A DNA stretch of 59,829 nt, the filler included, from Globobulimina sp. (lineage: Eukaryota), in the NCBI GenBank assembly GCA_003354225.1. It is 12 parts of 12 records of this genome, joined end to end, with 100 filler letters (N's around TTAATTAATTAA, not from the genome) between each part and the next. Parts side by side here need not be neighbours in the genome. Positions count along the whole stretch, not along the records: positions 24,987 to 29,881 come from PIVH01000860.1; positions 29,982 to 34,874 come from PIVH01000861.1; positions 34,975 to 39,867 come from PIVH01000862.1; 9 more parts are not named here. One strand, written 5' to 3'. The translations under genes were made by a program, and so were the position numbers. Under the pieces are notes generated by a model. The model was not told the origin of the DNA. It was given only the letters and a program-made list of their open reading frames with translations, and did no database searches. Every line of letters starts with the position of its first letter. The first letter of the stretch is position 1. Shown here one piece after another: positions 26,736 through 39,350 of the stretch.

Positions 26736-27626
26736 ATGTTCCTAGCACTTGTCATTGTATTTGTCCTACAAATCAAAATTTTTAATATCAACGCAAGTGC
26801 AGTGGTTATGAAACAGGCACAAGCAACATTTGCGTATGATACTGGTTATTGGGTATTAAACTCAAATCGTTACATTGATGGCTATTTCTATCTTTTTTAT
26901 CCATCCACACAGAAATTTTACAGAAATCAAGGTCTAAGCCGAAATCATGAACATTATGAAATTGATCCAAATCATCCATTGTTTCCATTGGAAATTGAAC
27001 CATTGGTAAAAGAGAAGTTAATGGGAATGCACGGACCAAAAACTGCATTTATGATTAATTTCAAAAATGAACCAAATTATACTGCTGACTCGGACAAACT
27101 CCATGGGTTTTGGATATTAAATCCATTGCAAGAGCTGATCGGACACAATTATTATATCTATGTTCCAGTAACAGGGCAATATTTTTTAATAATTAATGAT
27201 GAATCAGACGTTCTACAAAGAAGAGCCATCGAAGTCTATCAAGAATTGGTGCCATTTGAAACGGAACAATTTACTTCAAATCCAGAACATGTACAAAGGC
27301 GGTTTATCTCCAAAAAAATACCGCAAGTTCCAGGATTTTTCTTAGATGCCTATCAGAGAGGTATCTGGCTTCTAAACCCGTATGACAGGCAGCAATATGG
27401 CTATTCAATGAGAACAAAAACGTTTTTCAGAATGGAAAATTTTGGAGAAATGGCAGACTGTCTCAATGCAGAGGACTCGAGATCATTAGCACTAAATATT
27501 GATAGAGACAGAATTCCATTCATAATTACGGATGAAATATTCGAGAAATTGCAAAAAAGGCCAAACCCCATAAACCCAATAAACATCTTAACACGGAAAT
27601 GCTTGTTATTAACAAGAAATAACTAA
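26736..27626 (+). CDS. Putative secreted protein with three internal aromatic repeats
   Basis: Signal-like MFLALVIVFVLQIKIFNINASA. Repeats GYWVLN, GFWILN and GIWLLN are about 85 aa apart. Confidence 0.65.
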   Translation: MFLALVIVFVLQIKIFNINASAVVMKQAQATFAYDTGYWVLNSNRYIDGYFYLFYPSTQKFYRNQGLSRNHEHYEIDPNHPLFPLEIEPLVKEKLMGMHGPKTAFMINFKNEPNYTADSDKLHGFWILNPLQELIGHNYYIYVPVTGQYFLIINDESDVLQRRAIEVYQELVPFETEQFTSNPEHVQRRFISKKIPQVPGFFLDAYQRGIWLLNPYDRQQYGYSMRTKTFFRMENFGEMADCLNAEDSRSLALNIDRDRIPFIITDEIFEKLQKRPNPINPINILTRKCLLLTRNN

Positions 27627-27691
27627 ACAAATTAAATGTCATTTCCTATGCATTTGAAATTATTTTGAATTAATAGCTTTCATATTACTTG

Positions 27692-28162
27692 TTAGTATCC
27701 GATAAGTTTTACAAATGCAAGGGTTATTATGCAGAAGATGCATAGTACAGTGGTAATGTAATAGATTTCAGTGTATGTCTGAAGTAAATACAGCCGTATT
27801 AATGTTTGAGGTATGGTGGAAAAGAGAATATGATGTTTAGTTGCTTTATATAAATTTATTGTAATTCCTACACTTCTAAACATTTGGACTAATTCATACA
27901 ATGGACTTAAACCCCAGAAATATAATAACATCGCTGTGTGACCACATTGATTTTTCATTCTTTCACGCCTATTTCCAAATCGTTTACCATCCCTTGCTGT
28001 GTATAATGATGCAAATGTACCATACATAATTAAGCATAAAATACCAATAAATGCTCCTCCACAATCCTCAAAAGTTTCATATACAAATTGATCAATTAAA
28101 GTGTACCATGTCAATGATAATTCTAAAACACATATAATCGATAAAAACTCTAACACAGCCAT
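27692..28162 (-). CDS. Short XK-related (Xkr)-like membrane protein
   Basis: Several TM segments. HHILFSTIPQTLIRLYLL resembles the Xkr ESAPQLxLQ motif. Only 156 aa. Confidence 0.4.
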   Translation of the reverse strand: MAVLEFLSIICVLELSLTWYTLIDQFVYETFEDCGGAFIGILCLIMYGTFASLYTARDGKRFGNRRERMKNQCGHTAMLLYFWGLSPLYELVQMFRSVGITINLYKATKHHILFSTIPQTLIRLYLLQTYTEIYYITTVLCIFCIITLAFVKLIGY

Positions 28163-28286
28163 TAATTATTTAACTAAAGTAACATTAATTTACAAACAGT
28201 TTTCCTTCAAACTCACCTCCTTCAACAATCATGGCACTGCCATATTTTGAATAAAACCGTGATAATCGATCAAAAAAAGTAACTCC

Positions 28287-28841
28287 ATGGCTACGCGTTC
28301 CGTATTACAGTCACCAGACAATGATGATAGCAACGATCGTTCAATTTGGATAATAATTACAATTATGTTATGTTTGGTTGTCATAATAATATGTACTGTT
28401 GGCATTGTAATGTATTACAAGAGACAACAAAGAATTGAAATGATAATTAATAACAAAATTAAAAATATTAATACAAATAATATGAAAAGTATAAATAGTA
28501 ACATTGATACAAATGGTACCAAATTAAATGAAACGGAAACCATTAAAACCAGAAAAACATCAATTTTAATTGATAGATATCAAGCAATTGAAACACATAT
28601 TTATCAGCAAACTTCAACGGATACAAGCGATGATTCGAGTGCTACGCCGTTTGACTTTGAAAACAACCAAACAAAAGAGAATAAATTGAAAATTGTGATA
28701 AATGATAAAGTATGTCCAATGGGAGGATTACCATCATTACAATCGGAAGCAAATGCAACTCCGTCAACAATATCAACTCAATCAAAGAATTCAATAATTC
28801 AACGAAATACAAACCATAATAAACAAATTTCCATTGTTTAA
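28287..28841 (+). CDS. Single-pass membrane protein
   Basis: TM IWIIITIMLCLVVIIICTVGIVMYY followed by KR and a low-complexity tail. Confidence 0.6.
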   Translation: MATRSVLQSPDNDDSNDRSIWIIITIMLCLVVIIICTVGIVMYYKRQQRIEMIINNKIKNINTNNMKSINSNIDTNGTKLNETETIKTRKTSILIDRYQAIETHIYQQTSTDTSDDSSATPFDFENNQTKENKLKIVINDKVCPMGGLPSLQSEANATPSTISTQSKNSIIQRNTNHNKQISIV

Positions 28842-29151
28842 AAACTTATACATTATATATCATATTTAATCACTAGCGTTTTTTTCTATGTTTTTGTGGT
28901 AATATTCTGCTTATTTATGTTTTCAATTAGAAGCTTTAACTTAAGATTAAATCGGGGAAAATCAGATCTAAATGATTGGTTGACAGAATAATTGAACAAA
29001 TAACTTATTGTTCCGTTCAATGGTAATTGTGACGATGCGGCACAATGGTAATTGTAAATTGTAAACCACACAATAGAACAGTACCAAGTTCATACGTACA
29101 TTCCGGATGTAAGTTTTTTTGCTCCAGTTGCGGTAAATCCACTTTCCGATC

Positions 29152-29881
29152 ATGTCAGATTTACCATTATCAAAACGCTTCACCGCAGATGTAGGCGCAG
29201 CGCTTGGTGCTGGTTTTGCATTATCATGGTTAATAACCCCGATGGATGCAGCAGTCACCGAGAATATGAGCGGTAAAGCCACAATGGGCAAATCATTGCA
29301 AAGTAGTTTTAAACAAATTCTAACTCGGCCTCATCGCTATATACGTCGTCCAGAATATGGCATCATATTTGGTGTATACTCCATGACCTATTTAGCCAAA
29401 AACACAACCGATTCATATTGCTCATTTAAGCAAATGTCAAACGAACAAACTGCATTTATTAAATTTTGGACTGTGTTAGGTATATTTTCCCAAATATTTT
29501 CAAGAAATTTCTTTTCATATTAATTGGTTTTATTTTGTTTGCACTTTAATATGCTTAGCTGTCAATGGCTCATTATGTGTATTTTGGAGAGATCCGCAAT
29601 TTGCGAAAATATTTGCCACCAAACCTCCGACGGCAGTGCCAATGATAAGTTATTTTTTCTGGGTAATGCGAGATGTGGTGCATACAATGGGTGCAGTGGT
29701 GGCGCCGGATTATGTGGAACGGAGGTTTTCATTGACTCCGGAACAATGGAGATATTGTCAGCTATCCTTCCCACTGTTGATACAAACCTTAACTACGCCG
29801 TGTCATTTGATGGGATTGGACTTTTACAACATTAAAGAGTCGACATTGGGAGCACGGATAGGACGCACTGCGAGCAAATAC
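29152..29881 (+). CDS. Mitochondrial carrier/sideroflexin-like membrane protein, 2 exons, 3'-partial
   Basis: Intron 29480-29558 (GT..AG) joins the frames. ITPMDAAVTENMSG..ILTRPH..YSMTYLAKN, WRDPQFAKIF and QTLTTPCHLMGLDFYN recall a fungal/protist carrier-like family (from memory). Confidence 0.6.
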
Positions 29882-29981
29882 NNNNNNNNNNNNNNNNNNN
29901 NNNNNNNNNNNNNNNNNNNNNNNNNTTAATTAATTAANNNNNNNNNNNNNNNNNNNNNNNNNNNNNNNNNNNNNNNNNNNN

Positions 29982-32900
29982 GAAGGATCATTGTAGATCA
30001 TGGTTTTGCATTTCTTCGCATTAAAATTATATGCCCAATTTGTGCTATGTTGTTCGCATATTTTTAGCAGCGCAGCCAGGTTCTCGATCGAGTTGGCAGT
30101 TAGGACCACATCGTCAGCATAGAAGATGCAGGCGATTAGTAAGTTTGGATCGGGAGAAGTTGCGCCTTTTTGCGAGAGTTGCAGCTGATCAATCATGTCA
30201 TTTATGAACGCAGCGAATAGGATAGGGCTGAGGACAGAGCCCTGCAACACTCCATTATGCAGTTGAAAGAGTTCGGTTATAAATGGAACATCCCGTATTG
30301 CCGAATGCGAATTGTTATAAATTGCCTGAATGATTTTGCAGATATTTACGGGAATTTGGAAATTGGAGTGTAGTTTGTAAAATAGTCCTTTACGCCACAC
30401 TGTATCGAATGCTTTTCTTATGTCGAGAGAGGCGCAGTAGAGGGGTTTGTTTTGTATGGTGGCGGTTTGTGATATTAGGTGCAGTGTACCTATTTGTTCA
30501 GGGACGCCTCTTTTCGCTCGATTTCCGCCTTGGAGTATATGTAGGTTTCGTCTGAAGCCGTGCTGGATGTTCATATTCCAAAGAACCAGTCGTTCATATG
30601 CCTTAAAGATTAGTGGCAATAATGTGATGGGTCTGTACTGATTTGGGGTGTCACCATCAGGGGTTTTAAGAATGGAAATGACTGACCCCAGGCGACAATA
30701 ATAGGGTATGATATATGTTGCATTCCAGACATTGTACATATTACACAGGAGTTTATTTACCAGGTCTCCATTCAATTTGAGATGCTGTGACTTGATGCCA
30801 TCATATCCCGGGGCGGAGTGGGCATTTGCAAACTGTAAGGCCATCTCAACTGAGGAATATTTCAGATAGGGATCAATGTCGTTATTATTTTGTGTATCGG
30901 ATGGCGTTGCGTTTTGTGCATTGTCTGGAGATTCAGGGATGTGGCCCGGTGTGATACATAGCAGATCATCGGTGATTACATCATTATCATCATCAGTTTG
31001 AATGTTGTTCGCGAGTTTATATTCTATTTCGAACATATCATCCTGTTCATTGCCACTATTTTTGGCAAAGTCTGGGTCAAATTGAGGAACACCTTCGATA
31101 TGGTTAGGATGTACCCACGGTTCAGGATCATTATTATGGCTTTCTAGTGGTGGCGGTGCAGGGGATGGGATGTCATTTACTGTGCCGTTCTCATCTGGTT
31201 TGGAAGGGATGAAATTCAAAGTGTTATGGATGTAATTATTCAAATCAGCGTTAAATTGATTTATTTTGTTTATATTGGGGTTTGTTGTGGGATCTGCAAT
31301 GGGACCATTGATTCGAGCAAAGAAATCTGCTAAGGCTGCATTCTTGGGGACCAGCTGATTGTTATATTTTAGGAAAGGTTCATCTTCTAAGTAATCGAGG
31401 CTGCGGTTCATGGATTTGTAGCGTTTTAGTTTCTGGCAATGGCTCAGATTACTGAAGTGTATCGTGTTACGTCTCAGATTATCAATTTTATCCTGTTCAT
31501 AAATTTTCCGTGCATCGGTCATTATCTGTTTTCCCTGCGTGTATTCATTATTTGTGTTATTAAGGCAATTTTGCTTGATGTTCAAATCTAATCTTTTAAT
31601 GGAGGATTCTGACCATTTATTCATAGATTCAAAATCTGAAACACCAAAGGTTTTGATGGTGGCCAGATGTAAGGTGTACATTGTGCAGAGCGAGGTGATA
31701 TTGGAGATGAATTTACGGTCATTGGGGCTCGTGTAGTACTGCGTACCGTCGCTAAACTTTTTAATGTGACGTAGTCGGTCTGCTATTATCTGACGGTGTA
31801 TCTCCTTCAGACTTTCTTTGGGGTCATAGCCTCTTAATACAAAGTGTTGATCCGCGTATGAAACGTTGCATTGTGTGTTTTTCAGGGCAAATATGACCGG
31901 TCTATGATCTGTGAAAATCGGGTTAGTGTCGACTTTGAGTGTTTCAATGGCTGTCAATTTATCAGTCATTACATAATCTATTATGGAGCCTCCTGCGTGT
32001 GCAGTATCTTTGGAGAGGCAGGTCAGAAAATGTGGAGCAAATATGGGGTTGGCAATGCGGAGATTGGTTATATTTAACAGGGATTTCATGTGCGGATAAT
32101 GTGAATTTGTATTATGATCAGTTGTTTGCGAGCCAAGTCTGGCGTTGAAGTCGCCTATTACAAATAAGTTGTTACATTTGGTTTTGAATCGTTGAATGTC
32201 CTCTGTTAAGGTATTGTAGAACTTTGTGCTGCGATTTGACAGATTTGATCTGTATGGACGTATATAATTTACCGATAGATAGGTGGGTTTGGTTTGTCTT
32301 TCAAATGTTATGGATAGCCAAATAGTGTTCATTCCTCTGGTTTTCTGTATGTAGTTTATTTTGTTTTTGAGGTGTCTTTTTTTGTAGATCATAATTCCTC
32401 CAACGTGGGAATAATTGTTGGTGTGCATTGGGGCTTTGTGCGCAATCAGGGAGTAACCAGGGAGGTTCCAGTCTGGTCGTTTTATGCATCTGGTGTCAAT
32501 TAGGCAAATGAGGTCAAGTTTGTGCTGCACTACTAATTGTTGCATGTATGGATGGACAATTTGTGACTTATACTTTGCATTGCCGTTAATATTCATGAAG
32601 CCAATTGTTAGGTTTTTGAGGGAGATTTTTGTGGCGATTATGGGTTCAATCGATGGCGCGTACATTTGTAGGAAGGGAAATTTTTGAATGATGTTTGGTA
32701 GATCCTCTGTTTTGAAGAGCTGGTCACTGAGATGCGATTGTATGGTTTTATGGACGAGATATTTTTTATACTTTCTTAGGTTGGGATGGGATGTTTGGTG
32801 GGTATTTATTGCGTATTTGAAGAGTTGGTTTAAGGAGATTATTGCGTTGTTTTTCATGTTATTGATGTGGTTGGATCGGTTTATTCTGTACAAATTTGTG

Positions 32901-33394
32901 CAATTGTAACGCTGTATGGATTCCCAATGGGAGATGATCTCGCTGGCCTCATTTGTGTCAGGCACAGACCAACGGATGTGATATTTGCAGTGTTTGATGG
33001 ATTGTTGGATTATGGCATCTCCCTCAATGTACTTGAAGTCAGTTATAAAATCATGGATTTGTTTTATGACTGCCGGATCTCTGTGATACGCATGGATCTG
33101 CTCACAAGGTATTTCTTCAATGTCATTGTTAGAATAGGGGATTTTCTTGAAACGGAGTGGTATATTTTTGGGAAACGTGTGAATAATATGGTACTTTATG
33201 GGATTGAATCGGTGCACTGGCATTCTGAGAGTGACCCAACGGAGAGATTTGTGCATTATAATTCGGATATATTTGAAATATCCTCTGATCGAATGTTGAT
33301 TTTTTTCAATATATTTGTAGAGGATTTGTGTGTGCTTTTCTTCAACGGTACTGATCATATAACCAGTACTATAACGTTGTTTATCTGTCATCAT
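29982..33394 (-). mobile_element. Non-LTR retrotransposon (LINE) ORF2: APE endonuclease + RT, 3'-partial
   Basis: APE motifs GFMNING, VIGDFNA, SIIDYV, TDHRPV. RT motifs APGYDGI, YRPITLL, DIRKAFDTV, GVLQGSVLSPILF, FYADD, FNAKKC. Confidence 0.93.
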
Positions 33395-33642
33395 TTAAAT
33401 AGGACGTTTGTACGTAAATATTTGATTTATTGGTGTTTTTATTGCTGCAGAGAGCACTGAATTGAAATTCAGAATAATTAAAGTTTGCGTACAATAAATT
33501 CAAACTAGATGAATTAATAAGGGATAATAGAGGGGAAAAATAATACAGGGGAAAAGCACGCAAAATAGAGGGCAATATGTATAAAAAAGTAAAAAAAAGA
33601 ACTAGAAGAAAACAGCTAATGTTTTCATATCGTCGGATATTA

Positions 33643-34874
33643 TCAGAAATCCGCTGTAATTCGAGAATAGCCATCGGCATTGTTGTTGTTATTGTTTCCA
33701 CCACGTTTTGGCACGGACGCGGTGATTGTATATCGAATTTCCTTCATAAATAATGGCCCAGTCTTGAACGAATACCGTTTCATTAAAAATGCATCCAATT
33801 TTCCTCTACAGACGGCCACGTCGTATGCTTTCATCCCGTCCAATGCCTCCGATTTTTCTTCCTTCAATTCCACCAATTCATGAAAAAATAAATCATCCAA
33901 TGTGATATTTCCAATCATTTGCATCACTTTCTTGTCCGATCTCCAATCCATGATTTGCTTATTCGTCAACGAATACGGATCGCCTCCAAATATCTTGCTG
34001 ATAATCACATTTTGCTCAAACATGATTTTGCTGGCATGCACAGGCGATCCCGACGTAAATGCCAATGCTTGCGAGCCATCTCTTTCATTTCTTTTCCTGT
34101 CACGCCACGCAAGGCAGGTATTATGCGATGTGGTATAAGTATGTCCACAGCGTTTGCAATATTTCAAGCCATGGATACCACGTAATTCTTCTTTCTCTGC
34201 GATTGATTTATTTTTATTGATATTATCCAAGATTCTGTCCTGGACTTTTCTTTTCGCCTCAAATCCGATACATTTCATACCGCCACATTTTGGATTCATT
34301 ACGCTGTGCCATGAACAATATTCTAATATCGATTTTAATACAAAGTACACATTGGACGGGGATGCTTCAGTAATATTTATGACCCCGGCAGACGTATTGA
34401 TTTTGTTGTTCTGCACTAATAATGCAATCTCGTGCATGAATCCATTCGTTTCATCCGGATCGACACCAATCAAAAATAATTTGTTTGCATTCATGATCGT
34501 GGCGCAGCGAACATGCTGGTCGCAATCGCCTTTGTTTGGATCCATATAGCGATCCAATACCACATTGTCCTCAGTCAATGTTAATAATTCGCATAATTTA
34601 CCGATTTTATTCTCAAAATCAAACGGAAATGCTCTAACGGGGTGCGAGAAATGCGGGTCTTGAAATTTCTGATTCAATGCATAGCTCCAGACCGAAGTGT
34701 TTGTGATTAACTCTTCGGACACGACAGAATTGCTCATTTTCAATACAAATGCATCATCGCAGAGGGGCGGAATTCGTAGTAATGCACAAACACCGCCAAT
34801 ATCAATGTCAGTGTAAAAGTCACCAATGTAATCGCGGGAGATGCTGGCTGCACCGTACAGGGTATTCTTCACTT
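33643..34874 (-). CDS. 5'-partial ORF upstream of LINE ORF2 (possible ORF1 or unrelated host gene)
   Basis: About 410 aa, same strand, ending about 250 bp before ORF2. Contains CKRCGHTYTTSHNTC, an atypical knuckle. Confidence 0.4.
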
Positions 34875-35003
34875 NNNNNNNNNNNNNNNNNNNNNNNNNN
34901 NNNNNNNNNNNNNNNNNNTTAATTAATTAANNNNNNNNNNNNNNNNNNNNNNNNNNNNNNNNNNNNNNNNNNNNCATATCTATATATATATATATGATAT
35001 GAT

Positions 35004-35133
35004 GTGAACTGACTAAGTTTCAATGTCAACACTTTGACAATGGCTGCTTTACGTTAGCCGAAAGCTCAGTGATAAACACTTTTAGATCAAACTAATACGT
35101 ACTATAATCTAATCATTTTATTAACAAATAAAT
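35004..35133 (+). repeat. PLE pseudo-LTR, left copy
   Basis: Matches 39351-39480 with 2 mismatches in 130 bp. Confidence 0.95.
35030..35071 (+). ncRNA. Minimal type I hammerhead ribozyme, U3-A8 core variant (left copy)
   Basis: CACT-TTGACAA-T-GGCTG..TAGCC-GAAA-GC-TC-AGTG: stem I CACT/AGTG, stem II GGCTG/TAGCC, minimal palindromic stem III. Predicted cleavage after C35067. Confidence 0.75.
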
Positions 35134-35144
35134 TCAAGTCCTTT

Positions 35145-38100
35145 ATGGATCGAATGTGCAGTATTAGGACCAACCGATTTGGAAATCATGTGCGAACGTT
35201 CTCGAGTTTATTCCTTAGAAATCGAGTTCGTGTCATGCAGTCATGTATGGTCTCCAATTTTAGAGCGTTGCCTCATCGGTCGACATCGTCATCATTTATT
35301 CAATCTCATTCATCAGAAAACACCACAAATAGCGATTTCAACTTAAAACAACATGGATTATATTTTAGTGCAAGCATGAATTTCAACAAAGACGTCTGGC
35401 AATTTTATAAATTATATCGCGACTTAGCTCGTAAAGTCTTATGGAAATCGCACCATATCGATCATTACAACATTTGTGTATTACACTACAGAGATCCCTT
35501 CAAATTGTTGTTAAAAATCAAAGAAACTGTAATATCCACAAATAAGTCGAAAAAATCTCATGCTGCGATATTGCGTAGAACCTCCATACAATTAATAAAA
35601 AAGGAAAAGGCAGCTTTGAGAGAGAGAAATTGTGAGAATTTAAGCCAAATGAGACAATTATGGAAGAATTTAAACATAATTACCCCACATTCCGTACTAA
35701 CAAAATTAGCGAACGTAGCGGAATTGCAGTTATTCCATGAAATGGTAAGTATTGACCGCTTGGTCAAGAAGAGAATGAACAAATTATTTCAGTACACACC
35801 AGCTACGTTTTGGAAGAATTGGATTGAAAATCAACATCAATCCGATATAAATAGCTATAATTACAGCGAGCGAGGCAGCATTAAGAGAGTCAATGCAAAT
35901 GAGTTAGATTACAGCGCTGGAATTTGGAATAGAACGCGAAGCATTGATACAGACGAAGAGGAGCATGAAAGTGAAGAGAAACAATTGATGTTATCAGAAA
36001 ATGAGGTAACTACAGAAAATGTGCCGTATTGCTCGTATACCGATAGCTTTACAATTGATACAGAGACAACATTGCGTATTTTAGACGAATCGATACGAAA
36101 TAAAAAGCCGTCGAGTCAACGGAAAGTATTCCGTTTACAACAAGTTTTTCAACAATGTAAGAAAAGGAGAGCGTAGAAGAAAGGAAGTAGACGGAAACAG
36201 AGACATTTTGAGAAACAAAGAAGTAAATACAATGCATTTAGAAATAAGTTAGCACGCAAACGAAAAGATGCGATTTTGCGTAAAAAATGCAAAATATTGT
36301 TAAAAGAAGAAGCCTTAAAGTTGGCGCCGAAGCAAATCCTACCAAAAACAGACGAAAATATCAAAATTCATCCGGGTTTTGAAGATTTAGTAGCAAGGAG
36401 CCGGAATTTCGTAGTAAATCCCCGATTTTTCGATTTTAATAATATTTTTACGGGAATATTCAAATTAAAAAATTGCTGCAGATCATGGTATTATAATATT
36501 TATAATAAATTTGATTACAGCAAGAAAAAAGGAGAGGAAAAGGAAGAGAAAATTGAGCAAAAAGAGCGAATTTACGACGAAGAGGATTGGAGCGATTGGA
36601 AACCGTATTTGGTAAACACCAAAGAACGAAGATATCATTGTAAGAGCTCAGGAAATATAAAATTGGAAGCATTCCTGCACGAATTTGAGATGACATTATA
36701 TGATGAATGCATACATAATCAGGCATCAATAAAATATAAATTAAATTTAACAGATTTAGAAGAAGAGGCATATATGGACTGTATCGAAGAAAATCAGAAA
36801 CACAGCGACCCAAATCGTAAAGTTATGGTGAAGGAAGACAAGGGGTCGTTGTATATGGTGACAACAGCAGAGGTTTTGAATAATTTGGTATTGCAAACTC
36901 TGCCAAAATTAGGTTTTGAAGCAGCAAATAATTACAATTGGGAATTAGAGACTGATTTTTTGACAGAATTATTGTCGAAATGGGTGGATTTGGGAGAATT
37001 GAAAGAAAAGTGGTTTACAGCATTACAGCCACAATTTCCGACGAAATTCCATTATCGCGACGCAAATTTATATGCATTATGGAAGACGCACAAAAGTAAG
37101 CCGTCACTACGTTTAATTTCATCGTTCGTAGGGACGTTCTGGGAGGCAACGGATAAATTTATTGATTATGCAATTACGCCAATGTGGAACGCTGAATTAC
37201 AGAAAGGATTTTTATTGAAGGATACCAAAGATTTATTGATCAGAATCATCAAATTCAATGAAAATAAAAAGATTCAATGGGCCATCAAAGATAGAAAGGA
37301 TTTCATTGTATGGTCCTTTGACGTGGTAAAATTGTATCCGCCTATATTACATGAACAAGGATTGAAAAGCATGGACCATAAATTTAATCGATACAGAGAC
37401 TTATTACCATTACACCCGTCAAAAGAGTGCATTTTGGAGCTACTAAACGAAGCATTGAGGCGTGGCGTGGTAGTATGGAATGGTACACATTTTATTAAAC
37501 AAAGAGGATGCGGAATGGGTAGAAGTTGGGCCTGTCGCTATGCAGATTTAGCTATAGCGGATTATGACGATTTACTAAGTGATTGGGGGTGGGTACAAAG
37601 ACAATGTGCGCTTGAAATATTAATGCAGGGCAGATTCAGAGATGATTATTTTGGAGCGGGCTGCGGAGATATATTTGATTTGAAATGCATATTATTTGGG
37701 ATGAATAGCATGAATAAGTCGATCCAATTTACATTGGACTACGAGTTTGTAGACCGAGACGTGGATTTAAATGGGAAATATCTTGAAATATTAGATACGA
37801 AATTTTTGGTGCAGCGAAAATTGAAAACGTTCGACGACATAGAATTTATGGGTTGGGACATTGCGGTGGATGTACACTCAAAGGATACGGACACTCATTG
37901 TACTTTGGAGAACGATTCGTGTCATGTCCGACACCAAAAACGCGGTACAATCTCATCGACGGCATTAAGAATACGCAGTATCTGTGATGAGCAATTCATT
38001 GATAATCAATTTAGAAATTATTATAATAACGCCGGTAAAATTTATAAAAACATTGGAAACTTGGCATTGATTTTAAAAAGTATCAAAAAAGAATATACCG

Positions 38101-39077
38101 GCGAAGTGCTGCACTTTTTAGGCTTAGACGGCACGGATTGCTATGAATTAAATAACGGGAATCCGCTATTTTTAATGGAAACATTTGTGTTAAAACAATT
38201 AAAAGGAGAAAATCGATTTGTTATTGAAGCAAAACTATGCAAAGAAGAAATATATTATCAAACGCAATTTTGTGCGATTACGCATGGAATGAACAGTGGC
38301 AAAGACGCCAATAATACGGGGACGTTTACCAGAGATTTTACGAAAAAGATAGACGAAGAATTAATTGAATTGGAAGCAAATATGAGAGCAAAAGAAGTGG
38401 CAAAGATTACTCGCATTTTAGATAAAGAAAAATCAAAGGAATTGAAAGAAATTGAAAAACTAAAAAATGAGTTACATTTTTACTCATTAATGTACAACAA
38501 GAAAAATAAAGAAAATACAGCGGCGTTATCAAATATTAATTTATCGAAAATATCAGAAAACGAAGCAGCGGATGACATTGATTGGAATTTATTTTATAAT
38601 ACAGATGATTTAAACCCGTCTATATTTGCGGAGGAAGAGAGTTATTTATCCCGCATAAATTCGACAATTAACCAAAACTTAGTTTATTTATCACAGCAAG
38701 TTTTAGAGAACGACGGCGAGATACCGCCAAATCTGATAAATCAAACGATAAATCTAGGAAACTGCATCGATGATAAAAATGAATTACAAAGAAAATTAGA
38801 TGCAAAATTATCATTACTTTCATTAAACAGAGACGAAATTAGCAGTTTAGAATTGGAGCCAGCAGCGTTGGAAAAAGAGTTAGTGATTCTACACGAAAAT
38901 GACACAAACTTAGATTTGGATTTAACGTTCAACGCAGTCCAAACAGGAGAGGACGTATTAGATCTATGGGACGACGACATGGATAGCAGTAAGATACAGA
39001 ACACATTCCATTTGATAGTAAGTGGAAGCAATGGGAGAAAGACGTATTATTCAATGAAAGCGATAAAGATCAATTAG
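35145..39077 (+). CDS. PLE polyprotein: basic N-terminal region, RT, partial GIY-YIG C-terminus, acidic tail; one in-frame TAG at 36174-36176
   Basis: ORFs 35145-36176 and 36276-39077 are in the same frame and 36177-36275 is open, so only one TAG separates them. Confidence 0.8.
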
Positions 39078-39350
39078 AGCCGTTCGCATCGATGTTATAA
39101 TTGGATTAGTAATTAATTGGCTTGTTACATTATATTATATTCATGTTGTGTTATTTTGATTGATTGTTATGTGAATTTACAATATATTCAGTTATTATTT
39201 CAATTTTGGTTTCGGATTTATTTTTTATTTTTATTTTTATTGAAATAATCTTATTTAAAGAATTAATTTGTTATATATCTATATATTTGTTTCACGTGTG
39301 TTTTGTTTATGGTGTGTTGATTGTTTATCTTTTGTAGTTTTTTGTTTATT

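Noticed and set aside
32867-33460. 197-aa plus-strand ORF, and the many similar small ORFs opposite large genes
   Set aside because: Antisense shadows of real coding regions with no independent evidence.
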